A stretch of DNA of 64,000 nucleotides from Octopus vulgaris (GCA_951406725.2 OX597822.1:69316001-69380000), one strand, 5' to 3'. Counted from the first letter of the stretch, positions 18,635 through 33,379 are shown. A program made the numbers and translations. The notes: generated from the sequence alone by a model not told the origin.

Positions 18635-18955
18635 GAGGGCGCGTGGCTTAGTGGTTAGGGCATTCGGCTCATGATCGTAAGGTTGTGAGTTCGATTCCCG
18701 GCGACGCGTTGTGTCCTTGAGCAAGACACTTTATTTCACGTTGCTCCAGTCCACTCAGCTGGCAAAAATGAGTTGTACTTGTATTTCAAAGGGTCAGCCT
18801 TGTCACTCTCTGTTCACGCTGATTATCCCCGAGAACTACGTTAAGGGTACACGTGCATGTGGAATGCTCAGCCATTTGCACGTTAATTTAACGAGCAAGC
18901 TGTTCCGCTGATCGTATCAGCTGGGACCCTCGTCGTCGTAACTGGCGGAGTCTTT
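18635..18955 (+). mobile_element. tRNA-derived SINE family A with CORE-like tgtccttgagcaagacactt segment
   Basis: Head gcgtggcttagtggttaggg...gagttcgattcc. Related copies at ~1000-1320, 10885-11160, 27948-28250, 30222-30470, 33378-33690. Confidence 0.85.
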
Positions 18956-20110
18956 AAGAATTTCTGACAACATTGATTTCAAGTATGTAATTACAGCTAA
19001 TAACTCTGGTTCCTTTTATTGAGCCAAGTCGCATTTATTTTCATTCAGCGTCTGGCGTTCATCTTAGAGGTACCCTGTGTCAAAAAATATCGTTCGTAGC
19101 AGACGTTCTCTCGACATCGTTCACCCGCGCCTGACTCGGACTCAGAAATTACAGCCCGAGTTGTTATCTACAATCTTAAAAATTAAAAGTAATTCAAATT
19201 CAGTGTTTTCTTGAAACAATAAATTTCTATAAAGATTAGGATTTAAATTCCAATCTATGAAAAATATCCGTTCTATAATATTCTTAAAGAAATGAAAAAT
19301 TATCTAACAACTCGGGCTAATACGAAGGAGCTTGGTAGGTGTAAAAGACTAACTGGCATCTCTTGTCAAGAGTACATGCGACAGTCAGGTCACTGATGTT
19401 TGTTGTACACTGTCGCTACTTGATTACTGTTATTCTGTGCGTCTGATTGTAAAGATCAGTTGTATTTTGCAGGGTTGCTTTATTTTTACCCTTAACTAAG
19501 AAATGGAGAAAGACATAGTACTAGATATAAAAAAAATAAGCCATTTAGGGCTAGAAATATTGCGGGAAAACGTGAAATTCTTTGAGCAGGTATGTGTTTT
19601 ATGCGAAATCTGTGAAAAGCTCGAGTGACGCTGATAACCTGGAGTCATACGTATATCTATATATACACTTGCACATATACATACGTTGATAAACTCTTAT
19701 CAGTTGACTGGTGTACCAGTACCAAGTGGTTTCCAGTGAGTTCTACTCCAATGGAAACATTCGGATCAGATGCCTACGCTGAGGATATCATCTGGACTAG
19801 ACGGTTGTGTGCAGAAATCATGCGTGGCAACTTTGCTTTGTTGACTAAGCGATAAGAGCAATTGCATAAACATACACACATTCATATCACATGCATGCTT
19901 ACAGAGACAAAAACAAAAGAAAGAAAGAAAGAAAGAAAAAAGTGTGGTTAAGAAGCTTGCTTTGCAACCACGAGATTTTGGTTTCAATTCCATTAGCCGG
20001 ACATTGGACAAGTGTCTTCTACCAATAGCTCTGGGTAGGTTAGTACTTTGAAAGTGAACTTAGTGGACGGAATCTGTCAAAAAAGGTCGCCACACACACA
20101 CACACACACA

Positions 20111-20170
<60 letters not shown>

Positions 20171-21165
20171 CATATACATATATATACACACATATACACC
20201 ATATACACACGCACACGCACACTCACTATATATATTTATATATATACATATACATACACACATATATATATATGTATGTATATATATGTGTGTGTGTGTG
20301 CGCGCGCGCGCGCGCGTGTGTGTATGTGTATGTGTTTGTATCTGTTTGTTCCCCTGCTTAAATAGTCGGCAAAAGCACATATAAAATTAGTACAAGGATT
20401 TTTAAAATAAGTAGCGTGATCCAGCTGTTCTATTGAAACCCCAACATGGCCGTAGTCTCATGACTGAAAGAACTAAACGATAAAAGAAAAAAAGATTAAC
20501 CTGTCTTTTTATTCACCTCCTCGACCGATCTGGTCGTATGTTGGATTAATATTTTTACAACATTATTTTCATTCAAACACAACTGATGTTTGAAAGTGAA
20601 TGAGTGAGAAACAGTGGCAGGCAAGGATGCCTGGTTCTGAGCGAGGTCTCTATTTCTAGATGCTACCATGATTATAATGCGCGCAGCTGCCCACCGTCCG
20701 AAAATCGATTTTTCATTATTTTATTTATTTTCTAATTCCCTATTTATTGAGGTCGTAAGTGTGAATGGTCGTAAGTCGCATAGGTTGTAAGTCGAGGAGA
20801 AGGTGCACGCATAAACTTGAGTATACTTGCACTTACAATATTCTCTCTACTAAAAGCACAAGAGCTGCAATATTGAGGGCGGAGACTTGTCGATTACATC
20901 AACCCCAGTGTTTCATTGGTACTTAAATTATCGACCCCGAAAGGATGAATGGCAAAGTCGACCTCAGCGGTATTTAAACTTAGAACGTAAAGACGAACGA
21001 AATGCCGCGATGGCTGTGTGGTAAGTAGCTTGCTTACTAACCACATGGTTCCGGGTTCAGTCCCACTGCGTGGCACCTTGGGCAAGTGTCTTCTACTATA
21101 GCCTCGGGCCGACCAAAGCCCTGTGAGTGGATTTGGTAGACGGAAACTGAAAGAAGACCGTCGTA

Positions 21166-21269
<104 letters not shown>

Positions 21270-22597
21270 TGAGTCTGGGTTTGTACACCCCAACATCACT
21301 TGACAAGCGATGCTGGTGTGTTTTGGTCCCCGTAACTTAGCGGTTCGACACAAGAGACCGATAGAATAAGTACTAGGCTTACAAAGAATAAGTCCTGGGG
21401 TCGATTTGCTCGACTAAAGGCGGTGCTCCAACATGTTCACAGTCACATGACTGAAACAAGTAAAAGAATAAAAGAAAAAAATTTTTGCCCGGCGTGCTAA
21501 AGATTCTGCCAGCTCGCCGCCATAAACTTGCGCCTATAATATCAATTTCCAATTTTGACACGAGGTCAATTATTTCTGGGGAGGCGGTTAAGTCGATTAC
21601 ATCAACCCCAGTGCCCAACTGGTACTTATTTTATAGAGGCGGTATTTGAACGAAATGATGCTAGGTATTCTGCTCCGCGTACTAATGAGTCTGTCAGCTC
21701 ATCGCCTTCAGTTTGCACTTATAATATCAACCATACGCTTTCACGGACACATACGCAGGTGAGTTCTAACTTATGAGGAAGAAGGTATGTACGCAGTTGC
21801 ATGCCTTTCCTAGGAAAAACATACAGCCTAGCATGTATGTAACGTGAAATTGTTTAGCCGACGAGAGAAACAGCGAGTTCCTGTCCAACAAGAAGCCTTC
21901 TATGTGGTCGCTTGATCTGCCAGAAATAGCAACGATATCTTATTCAAATTTTATGCTATCATCTTGCAAGAAGAAAAGTGACATTGGCTTTATAAGAGTT
22001 TACTTGAAGCCTCAATAAGCATCATGGTGAACTCGACGAGCTGACAGAAATGTTAGCACGCCGGGCGAAATGCTTAGCGGTATTTCGTCTGCTGTTACGT
22101 TCTGAGTTCAAATTCCACCGCGGTCGACTTTGCCTTTCATCCTTTCGGGTCAATAAATTAAGTACCAGTTACGCACTGAGGTCGATATAATCGACTTAAT
22201 ACCTATGTTTGTCCTTGTTTGTCCCCTCTATGTTTAGCTCCTTGTGTGTAATAAAGAAATTGGTATTTTGTCTGCCGTTACGTTCTGAGTTCAAATTCCA
22301 CTGAGGTCGACTTTGCCTGTCATCCTTTCGAGGTCGATAAATTAAGTACCAGTTGCGTACTGGGGGCGATCTAATCGACCGTCTCCCCCCAAAATCCGGG
22401 CCTTGTCCCTAGAGTAGAAAAGAATAAGCACCAAAGTGAGTATGTAAGGCTGTTGGTCATAGGTCTGTTCAAGCAGTGTTGGTCAAACAACATCTCTGCG
22501 TTGTATGTAAAGAAATTTGCGCGCGCGTGCACACACCCATGCACGTACATACGCACTCACGCATACACACATACACACACACACATACACACACACC

Positions 22598-22637
<40 letters not shown>

Positions 22638-24013
22638 AAGGAGTGTGTCCTAGTTTTTCGTATTGGGATTAATCAGTAGGTTATAAGTTTGATTTTCGAA
22701 CTGGGAGGCGAGTTGCAACCTTGGATTTTGAGCGAGGCATTTCCATTTCCCGTTGCTCTAGCCCAGGCAGTTAAAAATGAGTCCCAGCGGCACCTGGGGG
22801 TTAACCACGTGACGGGCTGGCACTTAGTTCAGGAGAGTACCTTGTTACCGTCAGTGATCTAAATGCCTCGAAAACACTGTTTAACTCCAGCTTCACGAGG
22901 CGTCTAGACACGAGGCAGGTTTTAGACACATATATATGAATGTATGTACTTGTGTGTGTGTATGTATGTATGTATGTATGTATGTATGTATGTATGTAGT
23001 ATGTATAAAGTGTTTTATATGTATAACAAAGCAAGCAATTAAACATCTGTCATAATGTATAGTGCAAGAAACGAAATTGAATAAAGGGTCCATTTATTTT
23101 CTTAAATATATCTTATTACATTTGTTTCATAAACTGTTTTTCTATTATTTTTCTTATACAGTTTTATTGAATCACCATATATTTTGTAACAGCTTCGTAT
23201 ATCTGTCCATATGCTTCATTGTATGCATGAATGAGCCTTTGTTTGAAACAAAAGCGAAAAAATTACCTGTTCTTTCATTTGCATTTTTTCATTTATTGAA
23301 TTTAAAAGAAACAGTTGAAAAGATATTCTCATATAAAACAATCGATTGAAAATAAAACGGTGTGAATTTTACCCTTCAACTAAAAAGTTTTATAAAAGAA
23401 ATCGATCGAACAGTGAAAAAGTGAGAATACTCCTTTTATTAAATATATTTGTGTGGTACGATTAATGAAAGAAAGAGTGAGAATGTCACATCTATTATTT
23501 GAGACATGGATTACAGAATGGGTGAAAATGCCATATCTATTATTTGAGACATGGATTATAGAAAAGGCGGTGGGGACAATTATTATGGTTGTTGTTGTTG
23601 TTGTTGTTGCTATTATTCTTGTTATCATTTTCACCAGCATCTTCTTTCAATCTCTTGCTTCCACTTCTTGCCGAGTGTCTTCCTGACACCAGTATACATT
23701 GGTAGGCCATTAAAAAAAGCACGCCAGATTGTTCATTTGCAGTCACGTGATAAAGAAAAGGAGGAAAACAGAGAGAAAAAAAGGAAAGAAATAAAAATAA
23801 TTAAGTAAACAAATAGGCGCAGGAGTGGCTGTATGGTAAGTAGCTTGCTTACCAATGACATGATTCCGAGTTCATACCCACAACGTAGCACCTTGGGCAA
23901 ATGTCGTCTACTACTTTGAGTGGCTCGGGCCACTCAAAGTCTTGTGAGTGGATTTGGTAGTCGGAAACTGAAAGAAGCCCGTCGTGTATATGCATATATA
24001 TATATATGTGTAT

Positions 24014-24063
<50 letters not shown>

Positions 24064-24746
24064 AATAAATAAAATATATGCATACATACATACATATATG
24101 TACGTACCTACATCTACATGTATTTTCTTATGTTTTAACAACTTGTCTTCTCCATTTTTAACTAAATTGATGAATTTTATTGGACTTCTGTCCATAAATT
24201 CACCACACATCTCATGCGTATATATACTGTGTGTGTTTGTCTCCCCCCCCCCAACATTAATTGATAACCGATGCTGGTGTTTACGTCCCCGCTGTAGGAC
24301 TGAACCCGGAACCATGTGTATTTTTCTTTAACTGATTTCAAAGATCTTAAATTTTTAATGAAGGGGTCATCATAAAGTTATCTTGCTTGTTGTTTTTAGC
24401 TATTTACACCCATCTAGATGGAATATCTGTATAATTACTGGGGAACCCTCTGCTAATCGACGCTTTTCAACTCACTGTGTTATACATGTGACTAAGGCAG
24501 CCAGCTGGCAGAATTGTCACCAGACAGGGCAAAATGCTTAGCGGCATTTCGTGTGTATGTACGTTCTGAGTTCAAAATCCGCTGAGGTCGGCTTTGCCTT
24601 TCATCCTTTCGGGGGGTGAGGATCGATAAAATCAGTACCAGTTGAGCACAGGAGTCCAATGTAATCGACTCGTCCCCTTCTCCAGAACTGTTGGCCCTTG
24701 AAACCTTTATTGTATATGTTACTGGGACAGCAAGCTAACAGAATCG

Positions 24747-24846
24747 TTAAAGGCAAGGCGGTGCTCCAGCATGGCCGCAGGAAATAAAGGAAGAATTACA
24801 GTAACTTAAAAGATTCGCCCAGCTAAGCTGTCGTCTGTATATATAT

Positions 24847-24922
<76 letters not shown>

Positions 24923-25015
24923 TTTATATATTCTTTTATATGCTTTAGCCCAAAGGCTGCGCGCACACACACACACACACACACGCACACACACACACAC
25001 GTATAAATTTATGTA

Positions 25016-25052
<37 letters not shown>

Positions 25053-25591
25053 TTATCTATTTCTTCTTTTTCCTATTTTTTCTCCTCCTATTACTCCCCC
25101 TCTCACACTATTTTATAAAATATTTTTAGTATCTTTCATTTCTTCCTCTTCCCTCTTTTTGCGCCCTCCTTTTTCTCATTTTCTAGGACGCTTTTAATAC
25201 TTAAAAGTTCTCACCTTTCTACAAGAAGAAACAATAAGGACCTTACCCACCACACAAAGCTGTACAGGTGATAAAGCTTTTGAATATTGCGTTTTTGTAT
25301 AAACTCGATTATATATAGGTTTAAGCAAGCGTTTTCAATAGTTTATTTTTTTCTTTCTTTCGAGCACCAGTGGTGGTGGAGAGGTTGATGTAATCGATTT
25401 ATACCCAAGCCTGTACTTGCTGGCCTTGTGCCAAAATTTGAAACCGAAAAAATGTCTCATTTTATTGGACGTTTCTTTTTAAAAGGCGGTGTCACAGAAT
25501 AATCGAATGAATATATTATGTAGTTTTATACTGTATCAATGTACTTAGATTACATATCTCTACCACAACTTTCTTACGAAAGTTTCTTACT

Positions 25592-25637
<46 letters not shown>

Positions 25638-25643
25638 GAAACC
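24747..25643. repeat. Inverted duplicate of 31589-32497
   Basis: Near-identical reverse complement over ~900 bp including non-repeat sequence; differs by microsatellite lengths and one ~24-bp indel. Confidence 0.93.
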
Positions 25644-26508
25644 ATAAATTCACCACACATCTTATGCGTATATATACTGTGTGTGTTTGTCTTCCCCCCA
25701 ACATTAATTGATAACCGATGCTGGTGTTTACGTCCCCGCTGTAGGACTGAACCCGGAACCATGTGCTTTGCCTTTCATCCTTTCGGGGGGTGAGGATCGA
25801 TAAAATCAGTACCAGTTGAGCACAGGAGTCCAATGTAATCGACTCGTCCCCTTCTCCAGAACTGTTGGCCCTTGAAACCTTTATTGTATATGTTACTGGG
25901 ACAGCAAGCTAACAGAATCGTTAACACGCCAGGCAAAATGCTTTGATCTGAGGTCAAATTCCGCCGAGGTCGACTTTCCCATTCATCCTTTCGGGGTCGG
26001 TAAAATAAATACCAGTTGAACACTGGGGTTGAGGTAATCGAATTAAACTTCTCCCAAAATTACTGGCTTAGTGTCAAAATTTGAAATCTATATTATACCA
26101 TAGGCAGTCTTATCGTTCAAAACATTACTCAGAGATTTCTTCCGTCCTATTCTTCGACAATGTTCGCTTTCTCACTGTGGGATTGTTGACCGCTTTAATG
26201 GTTTCCTGATTAAGGTACAAAGCCAACAATCTCACCGACTTCTATAATCTTTCCTACTATAGACGCAAGGCATAAAAGTTTGAGGGAGTGGGCAAGTCAG
26301 TTACTTTAGTATTTGGTTGGTACTTCTTATATAAAGAATGAAACTTCCGCGTAAAGTGCCGTAAGAAACATTTCTGACGGCTCGAATATATAATGCATGA
26401 TCCTGCGCGCGCACACACACACACAAGCGCACACGTGTGGATATAAATATATATATATATACTTTATTATTAAAACTTCAAAAACATCACAAAAATCTCA
26501 CAAAAAAA

Positions 26509-26546
26509 CTGCTATTCAGAGTTTCACTTTCCCGTTCGTCAGACAA
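26509..26546 (-). ncRNA. Minimal type I hammerhead ribozyme (left arm of palindrome)
   Basis: Minus strand UUGU-CUGACGA-AC GGGAAA GU-GAAAC-UCU-GAAUA-GCAG. Canonical core, 2-bp stem II with 6-nt loop, one mismatch in stem III. Confidence 0.7.
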
Positions 26547-26571
26547 TCGTGATTAAGGTTCTTAATCCCAA

Positions 26572-26609
26572 CTGTCCGACGAACGGGAACGCGAAACTCT
26601 GAGTAGCAG
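26572..26609 (+). ncRNA. Minimal type I hammerhead ribozyme (right arm of palindrome)
   Basis: CUGU-CCGACGA-ACGGGAACGC-GAAAC-UCU-GAGUA-GCAG. Near-palindromic stem III ACUCUGAGU, GUA cleavage triplet, stem I CUGU/GCAG. Confidence 0.7.
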
Positions 26610-26921
26610 ATTTTGTGATGTTTTTAAAGATTTAATGATAAAGTATGTAACTCTACCTCCGGTATTCGAGTACTATTTTTTACCCACCTTGTTTCATATT
26701 GTATTCTATGAGCCGTCGTAACGTGGCTGTTTAGATTATACCCTTAAAGCCAAGAACTTTTTGGCACCCCTCGTATATATATATATATATATATATATAT
26801 AACAATTTAGGAATGGCCTTAACAGGCCATTCGTCCACTAGACAGAGCAGCCATAACTCCAACCGCCAAGTAATGTAATTCGGAAATAGGTGAAAAATTA
26901 AAAACGTTTACCCTAATTCAT

Positions 26922-27007
26922 CTTTTAGACGATGCGTTTTTAATGATAGACCAGCTTAATTAAATTAAATTAAGCTAATCTACCATAGGTCACGCTTCGT
27001 CAGTAAA
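26922..27007 (-). ncRNA. Inactivated hammerhead copy (deletion removes GAAAC)
   Basis: Same as 27385-27484 but reads gacgatgcgtt on + instead of gacgatgtatcgtttctgcgtt, an 11-bp deletion across the GAAA core and stem III. Confidence 0.75.
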
Positions 27008-27384
27008 GAAACCTTTGGTAGAGGCAAATATACACGAGGCTACTGCATCGAAGCCTCTGGAATATCTGTCTTAAAATTTTCGAAGACCAGCGCAATCGCG
27101 CCAACCTTATCAGCAGCAAATATAAACTGCCGATTCAATCTCAGAATTAGTCAGAAAATAATCAATTAATCAATTTAGGGTAGTAAAAAATTCGATAGAA
27201 ATTTATCACTACCAGCGGCCCAGTTGGAAAGAAAAATAGTCATGAGACTAAAATGTAAATATATAACAATTTAGGAATGGCCTTAACAGGCCATTCGTCC
27301 ACTAGACAGAGCAGCCATAACTCCAACCGCCAAGTAATGTAATTCGGAAATAGGTGAAAATTTAAAAACGTTTACCCTAATTCA

Positions 27385-27484
27385 TCTTTTAGACGATGTA
27401 TCGTTTCTGCGTTTTTAATGATAGACCAGCTTAATTAAATTAAATTAAGCTAATCTACCATAGGTCACGCTTCGTCAGTAAAGA
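27385..27484 (-). ncRNA. Type I hammerhead ribozyme, intact core, long stem II
   Basis: Minus strand UCUUUA-CUGACGA-A-GCGU..[19-bp hairpin]..ACGC-A-GAAAC-GAU-AC-AUC-GUC-UAAAAGA. All core nucleotides and three helices are present; predicted cleavage between 27392 and 27391. Confidence 0.85.
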
Positions 27485-27817
27485 AACCTTTGGTAGAGGC
27501 AAATATACACGAGGCTACTGCATCGAAGCCTCTGGAATATCTGTCTTAAAATTTTCGAAGACCAGCGCAATCGCGCCAACCTTTTCAGCAGCAAATATAA
27601 ACTGCCGATTCAATCTCAGAATTAGTCAGAAAATAATCAATTAATCAATTTAGAGTAGTAAAAAATTCGATAGAAATTTATCACTACCAGCGGCCAAGTG
27701 GGAAAGAAAAATAGTCATGAGACTATAATGTAAATATATAACAATTTAGGAATGGCCTTAACAGGCCATTCGTCCACTAGACAGAGCAGCCATTTACTAC
27801 CCTAAATTGATTAATTG

Positions 27818-27950
<133 letters not shown>

Positions 27951-28247
27951 AGGTGCGTGGCTTAGTGGTTAGGGTGTCTGCATCATGATCGTAAGATTGT
28001 GGTTTCGATTCTCAGACCGGGCTTTTTGTGTGTTTATTGACCGAAAACACCTAAAGCTCCACGATACTCCGGCAGGGAGTGGTGGCGACACCTGTTGTAC
28101 TCTTTTACCCCAACTTTCTCTTACCCTCTCTTCCTGTTTCTTGAGTAACGCTGCGATGGACTGGCGTACCGTCCAGCTGGGGAACACATACGCCATTGAA
28201 ACCAGGAAACCGGGTCCAAGAGCCTGGTTAGGCTTTAAAAAGGGCGC

Positions 28248-28309
<62 letters not shown>

Positions 28310-29154
28310 CGGCGTTTCGTTTCTTCTTCTTCTCCCAGTACAGTTTTTATATATAATTATAACGCGAAACCCTATACCTCTTTGCTTAACCTTCCCTTCT
28401 CTCCCTTTCTCTCTCTCTCTCACTCCTCCTCATCTCTCTCACAGCCGTTTGTCTTCCTCTATCTCTTTCTCTCTCTCTCTCACTTCTCCTCATCTCTCTC
28501 ACAGCCGGCCAAAATACTTCCTTTTGCATGTGGCCTTCTAACTGTAAACACTGTTTTCTTGCGCTCCTTGAATCTCTCCTCGTCTAGGCAAAAAAGGCCC
28601 TCTTTGGTTGTTTTCTTGTGTGTTTCTATTTCTTGTATTGTATTTTTTTGTAATTGTATTTTTATTTTGTATTTTATTTTGTAATTTTATTTGTATCGTT
28701 TTTACGTCCTGTTTGTGTCACATTTTGTTCTTTCCTTGTTTTTACCCCTCTGCAAAGTAATTTCCTTTAAATTCTTCGCATGAAGGGCTAGTTCGATGAG
28801 TCGTGTTCTGTCCTCACTTTCGAAACACGCTGGAGTTGAACTAGGGACAGCTGATGAAGGGGATTTTTCCTTGTGTAGTTTGTCTAGTACTCTGTTTTTT
28901 CTTTGTAAAAAAAAGGTTCATTCCATGCTTATTTTTACATTTTCGTTCTCGTTGAGTGCTGCGTCTATTTGTGGTGTCCTGTACTCACGTATATATATTT
29001 ATATATGCATGTATATATACATGTAGATGTAGGTATGTATGTATGTATGCATATATTTTATTTATTACACTATTGTATGACTGAGTGCCTTCGCGTCGAT
29101 TCGATTCGATTCGTTCCGTTTCGTTTCGTTTCTTCTTCTTTTCCCAATACAGTT

Positions 29155-29219
<65 letters not shown>

Positions 29220-29578
29220 CAGGAACAAGGCGGCGTGCAGGCGGAATCATCAGCACGCCGAGCAAGATGCTTAGTGGCGTTTCGTTTGTTATTACATTTT
29301 GGATTCAACTTCCTCCGAAGACGACTTTGCCTTTCATCCCTTCGGGGTCGTTTACATAAGTACCAGTTGAACACTGGAGTCGATTTAATCGTCTTATCCC
29401 CTTCCCGAAATTGTTAGCAGAAACTTTTAGCAGAAGCAACAGAGTGACTCAAGGACCGAGAATTTCGTGCCTGTGCGCTTATGAAATTCCGAAACACATT
29501 TATAAAAATATATATATATATATACTCATATTTCTTGAGCCATTTTACCTGTTTGCATCACCTTACCTATGTGCATAA

Positions 29579-29674
<96 letters not shown>

Positions 29675-29699
29675 ACGCACACACATACATACACACACA

Positions 29700-29911
29700 C
29701 GAAGGGGTGCTGAAAACCTCCTGGGTTTGGGTAAAAGAAAACACACGAGGATCAGTTAATTATGTTTTTATTCAACATATTCCCCTCTCAGATTCACACA
29801 CGTATTGCAGCGTTCAATTTTTCAAAGCTTTGAAAAAAAACTCGGCAAGTTGGGCTTCCAACTAGACCTTTCGTGATACCCTTAAAGCCAGGAAGTTTTT
29901 AGCACCCCTCG
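29700..29911. mobile_element. Mariner-type MITE
   Basis: TIRs cgaaggggtgctgaaaa / tttttagcacccctcg followed by TA. A solitary matching end occurs at ~26738-26773. Confidence 0.7.
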
Positions 29912-29925
29912 TATACACACACACA

Positions 29926-30001
<76 letters not shown>

Positions 30002-30161
30002 TGTTTTAGTTCCGTTTTTTTCCCTCACACCCATTTCCGTTGAGGAACGTAAGCTCGAAACGTCAAAGATTCTCCATTCTACGCGGGCATCAAACTAATA
30101 CATCTGTTTGTCGTACCCTCACCTGTTTTTGTCTTTTCTTTCCTGTAAATTTGAACTATAC

Positions 30162-30220
<59 letters not shown>

Positions 30221-30480
30221 TGAAAGTGCGTGGCTTAGTGGCTAGGGTGTCAGCACCATGATCGTAAAATTGTGGTTTCTATTCCTGGATCGGGAGACGC
30301 GTTGTGTTCTTGAGCAGAACACTTCATTTCACGTTGCTCCAGTCCACTCAGCTGGCAAAAATGAGTAATGCTGCAATGGACTGGCGTCCCGTCCAGCTAG
30401 GGAACACATACGCCATTGAAACCGGGAAACCGGGCCTATAAGCCTGGTTAGGCTTTAAAAAGTGCGCATTCATTTCAGTT

Positions 30481-30547
<67 letters not shown>

Positions 30548-31594
30548 TATGTATGTATGTGTACATATATGAAGAGCACATGTGTTTGAAAAGGTTAATC
30601 GAAAGCGCTCACACTCTAGGAAAAAGACTTTTTCCCCCAAAACATTAGTAACATCCTGATAAAAGATTTTATAACTTATCTAAAAACTAATTTCTTTTAA
30701 AAATTCCCTTTATACTTAAAAACTGTATTAAGTAACTTTCATAAAGACTTTACAAATATATATATATAAATGCGTGTGTGTGTGTAAGAAAAATAAGGAT
30801 AAACTCAAGTTTATATTAAAGGTCGTACGCGCGTTCCACCATTATGGTTGTTTCGAACCCTACAATGGATGTTTCAAATGCATGCAGATGCTCAACCACA
30901 ACGGCTCTTCAGGGAACACTTTATTGTATTTACAAAGAGAGAGAGAGAGAGAGTGTGTGTGAGAGAGAGAGTGAGAGAGAGTGAGAGAGAGAGATAGAGA
31001 GATAGAGAGGTGAGTACGTATGTGTGTGTGTGTGTGTGTGTGTGTGTATTGCGCTGCGAGTTTCTCTCTAAATGCTAACTTATCTCCATGTGACATTGGT
31101 GAAATCGGTGAACATTTCTTTTTTAAACAAAAGCCATAGAAAAGGATTTAACATCCTAGTGAGTCATCGGACAACAAATTCGGTACACAACTGAAACGGA
31201 TTTAGAACTTTCATGTGCAAATATATTTAAGGGGTGTATGAACGATATAATTGCCGAATCCTGATCTCTCAGTATATAAGTTCTTTGTCTTTTAATTGCT
31301 TCTTGCCATTGGACTGTGGTTATGCTTGGGCACCGCCTAAAAGTATTTAATGGAGAAAATCGCCTCTATTACTTATTTTTAAATGTGGTATTTATTTTAT
31401 CGTTTCTGTTGCCGAACCGATAAGTTACAAACACCGGTTGTCAAGTGCGCGCAGCGGGATGGGGGACAAACACCAACACAATAGTAGAATAAAGACACTT
31501 GCCCGATGTACCGCGCTGTAGAACTGAACCTGAAATTATGTGATTGCAAAGCAAGCTTCTTAACCACACAGCCATGCCTGTACCTTTGGGTTTC

Positions 31595-31644
<50 letters not shown>

Positions 31645-32206
31645 AGTAAGAAACTTTCGTAAGAAAGTTGTGGTAGAGATATGTAATCTAAGTACATTGA
31701 TACAGTATAAAACTACATAATATATTCATTCGATTATTCTGTGACACCGCCTTTTAAAAAGAAACGTCCAATAAAATGAGACATTTTTTCGGTTTCAAAT
31801 TTTGGCACAAGGCCAGCAAGTACAGGCTTGGGTATAAATCGATTACATCAACCTCTCCACCACCACTGGTGCTCAAACTGGTATTTATTTTGTATAGGAA
31901 AGAAAGAAAAAAATAAACTATTGAAAACGCTTGCTTAAACCTATATATAATCGAGTTTATACAAAAACGCAATATTCAAAAGCTTTATCACCTGTACAGC
32001 TTTGTGTGGTGGGTAAGGTCCTTATTGTTTCTTCTTGTAGAAAGGTGAGAACTTTTAAGTATTAAAAGCGTCCTAGAAAATGAGAAAAAGGAGGGCGCAA
32101 AAAGAGGGAAGAGGAAGAAATGAAAGATACTAAAAATATTTTATAAAATAGTGTGAGAGGGGGAGTAATAGGAGGAGAAAAAATAGGAAAAAGAAGAAAT
32201 AGATAA

Positions 32207-32241
<35 letters not shown>

Positions 32242-32321
32242 TACATAAATTTATACGTGTGTGTGTGTGTGTGTGTGTGCGCGCAGCCTTTGGGCTAAAG
32301 CATATAAAAGAATATATAAAG

Positions 32322-32410
<89 letters not shown>

Positions 32411-32654
32411 CGACAGCTTAGCTGGGCGAATCTTTTAAGTTACTGTAATTCTTCCTTTATTTCCTGCGGCCATGCTGGAGCACCGCCTTGCCTTTAATCG
32501 AACAAATCGATGCCAGGACTTATTCTTTTTACGCCAAGTTCTTATTCTATCGGTCTCTTTTGCCGAACCGATACGTTACGGGGACGTAAACACACCAACA
32601 ACGGTTGTTAAGCGATGGTGGGGGACAAACACAGACACACAACCATACACACAC

Positions 32655-32745
<91 letters not shown>

Positions 32746-33023
32746 ACAGGCTTCTTTCAGTTTCCGTCAGCCAAATCCATTCACAAGGCTTTGGTTGGCC
32801 GGAGCCAATAGCAGAAGACACATGCCAAAGGTGCCACACAGTGGGACTGAACCCGGAACCATGTGGTAGGTAAGCAAGCTACTTACCACACAGCCACTCT
32901 TGCGTCTTGATTAAGACTAATAAATTTGTACTCTACAACACTATAGAGCAACCCATCAGATTAATGTAAAATGGTTTTTATTATAACTAAACATAAAAAC
33001 AAGCACCAGCACACACACACACA

Positions 33024-33068
<45 letters not shown>

Positions 33069-33321
33069 TATAGGAGGCGAGCTGGCAGAATGGTGACCAC
33101 ACCGGGAAAAATGTTCAGCGTTATTTCGTACGTCTTTACATTCTGAATTCGAATTCTGCCGAGATCAACTTTGCGGGAATCGATAAAATAAGTACCACTT
33201 GAATACTGAGGTCAATGTAATCGACTTTACCCACTCCCAAAACCACTGGCCTTGTGCCAAAATTTGAAACCAATATATATATATATTATGTGTATGTGTG
33301 TGTGTGTGTAAATGTGTGTGT

Positions 33322-33379
<58 letters not shown>

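Larger units (their letters stand above)
26801..27793. repeat. Head-to-tail tandem array, ~470-bp unit (26801-27264, 27265-27739, partial 27740-27793)
   Basis: Near-identical units each starting aacaatttaggaatggccttaacaggccattc. Bounded by (TA)n on both sides; ends in a short inverted copy (~27794-27820) of unit sequence. Confidence 0.95.

Noticed and set aside
18635-18705. tRNA gene
   Set aside because: tRNA-like A/B boxes run directly into a multi-copy SINE body and no complete cloverleaf is evident.
26801-27793. CRISPR-like array
   Set aside because: Whole ~470-bp units repeat with no unique spacers; eukaryotic context and no cas genes.
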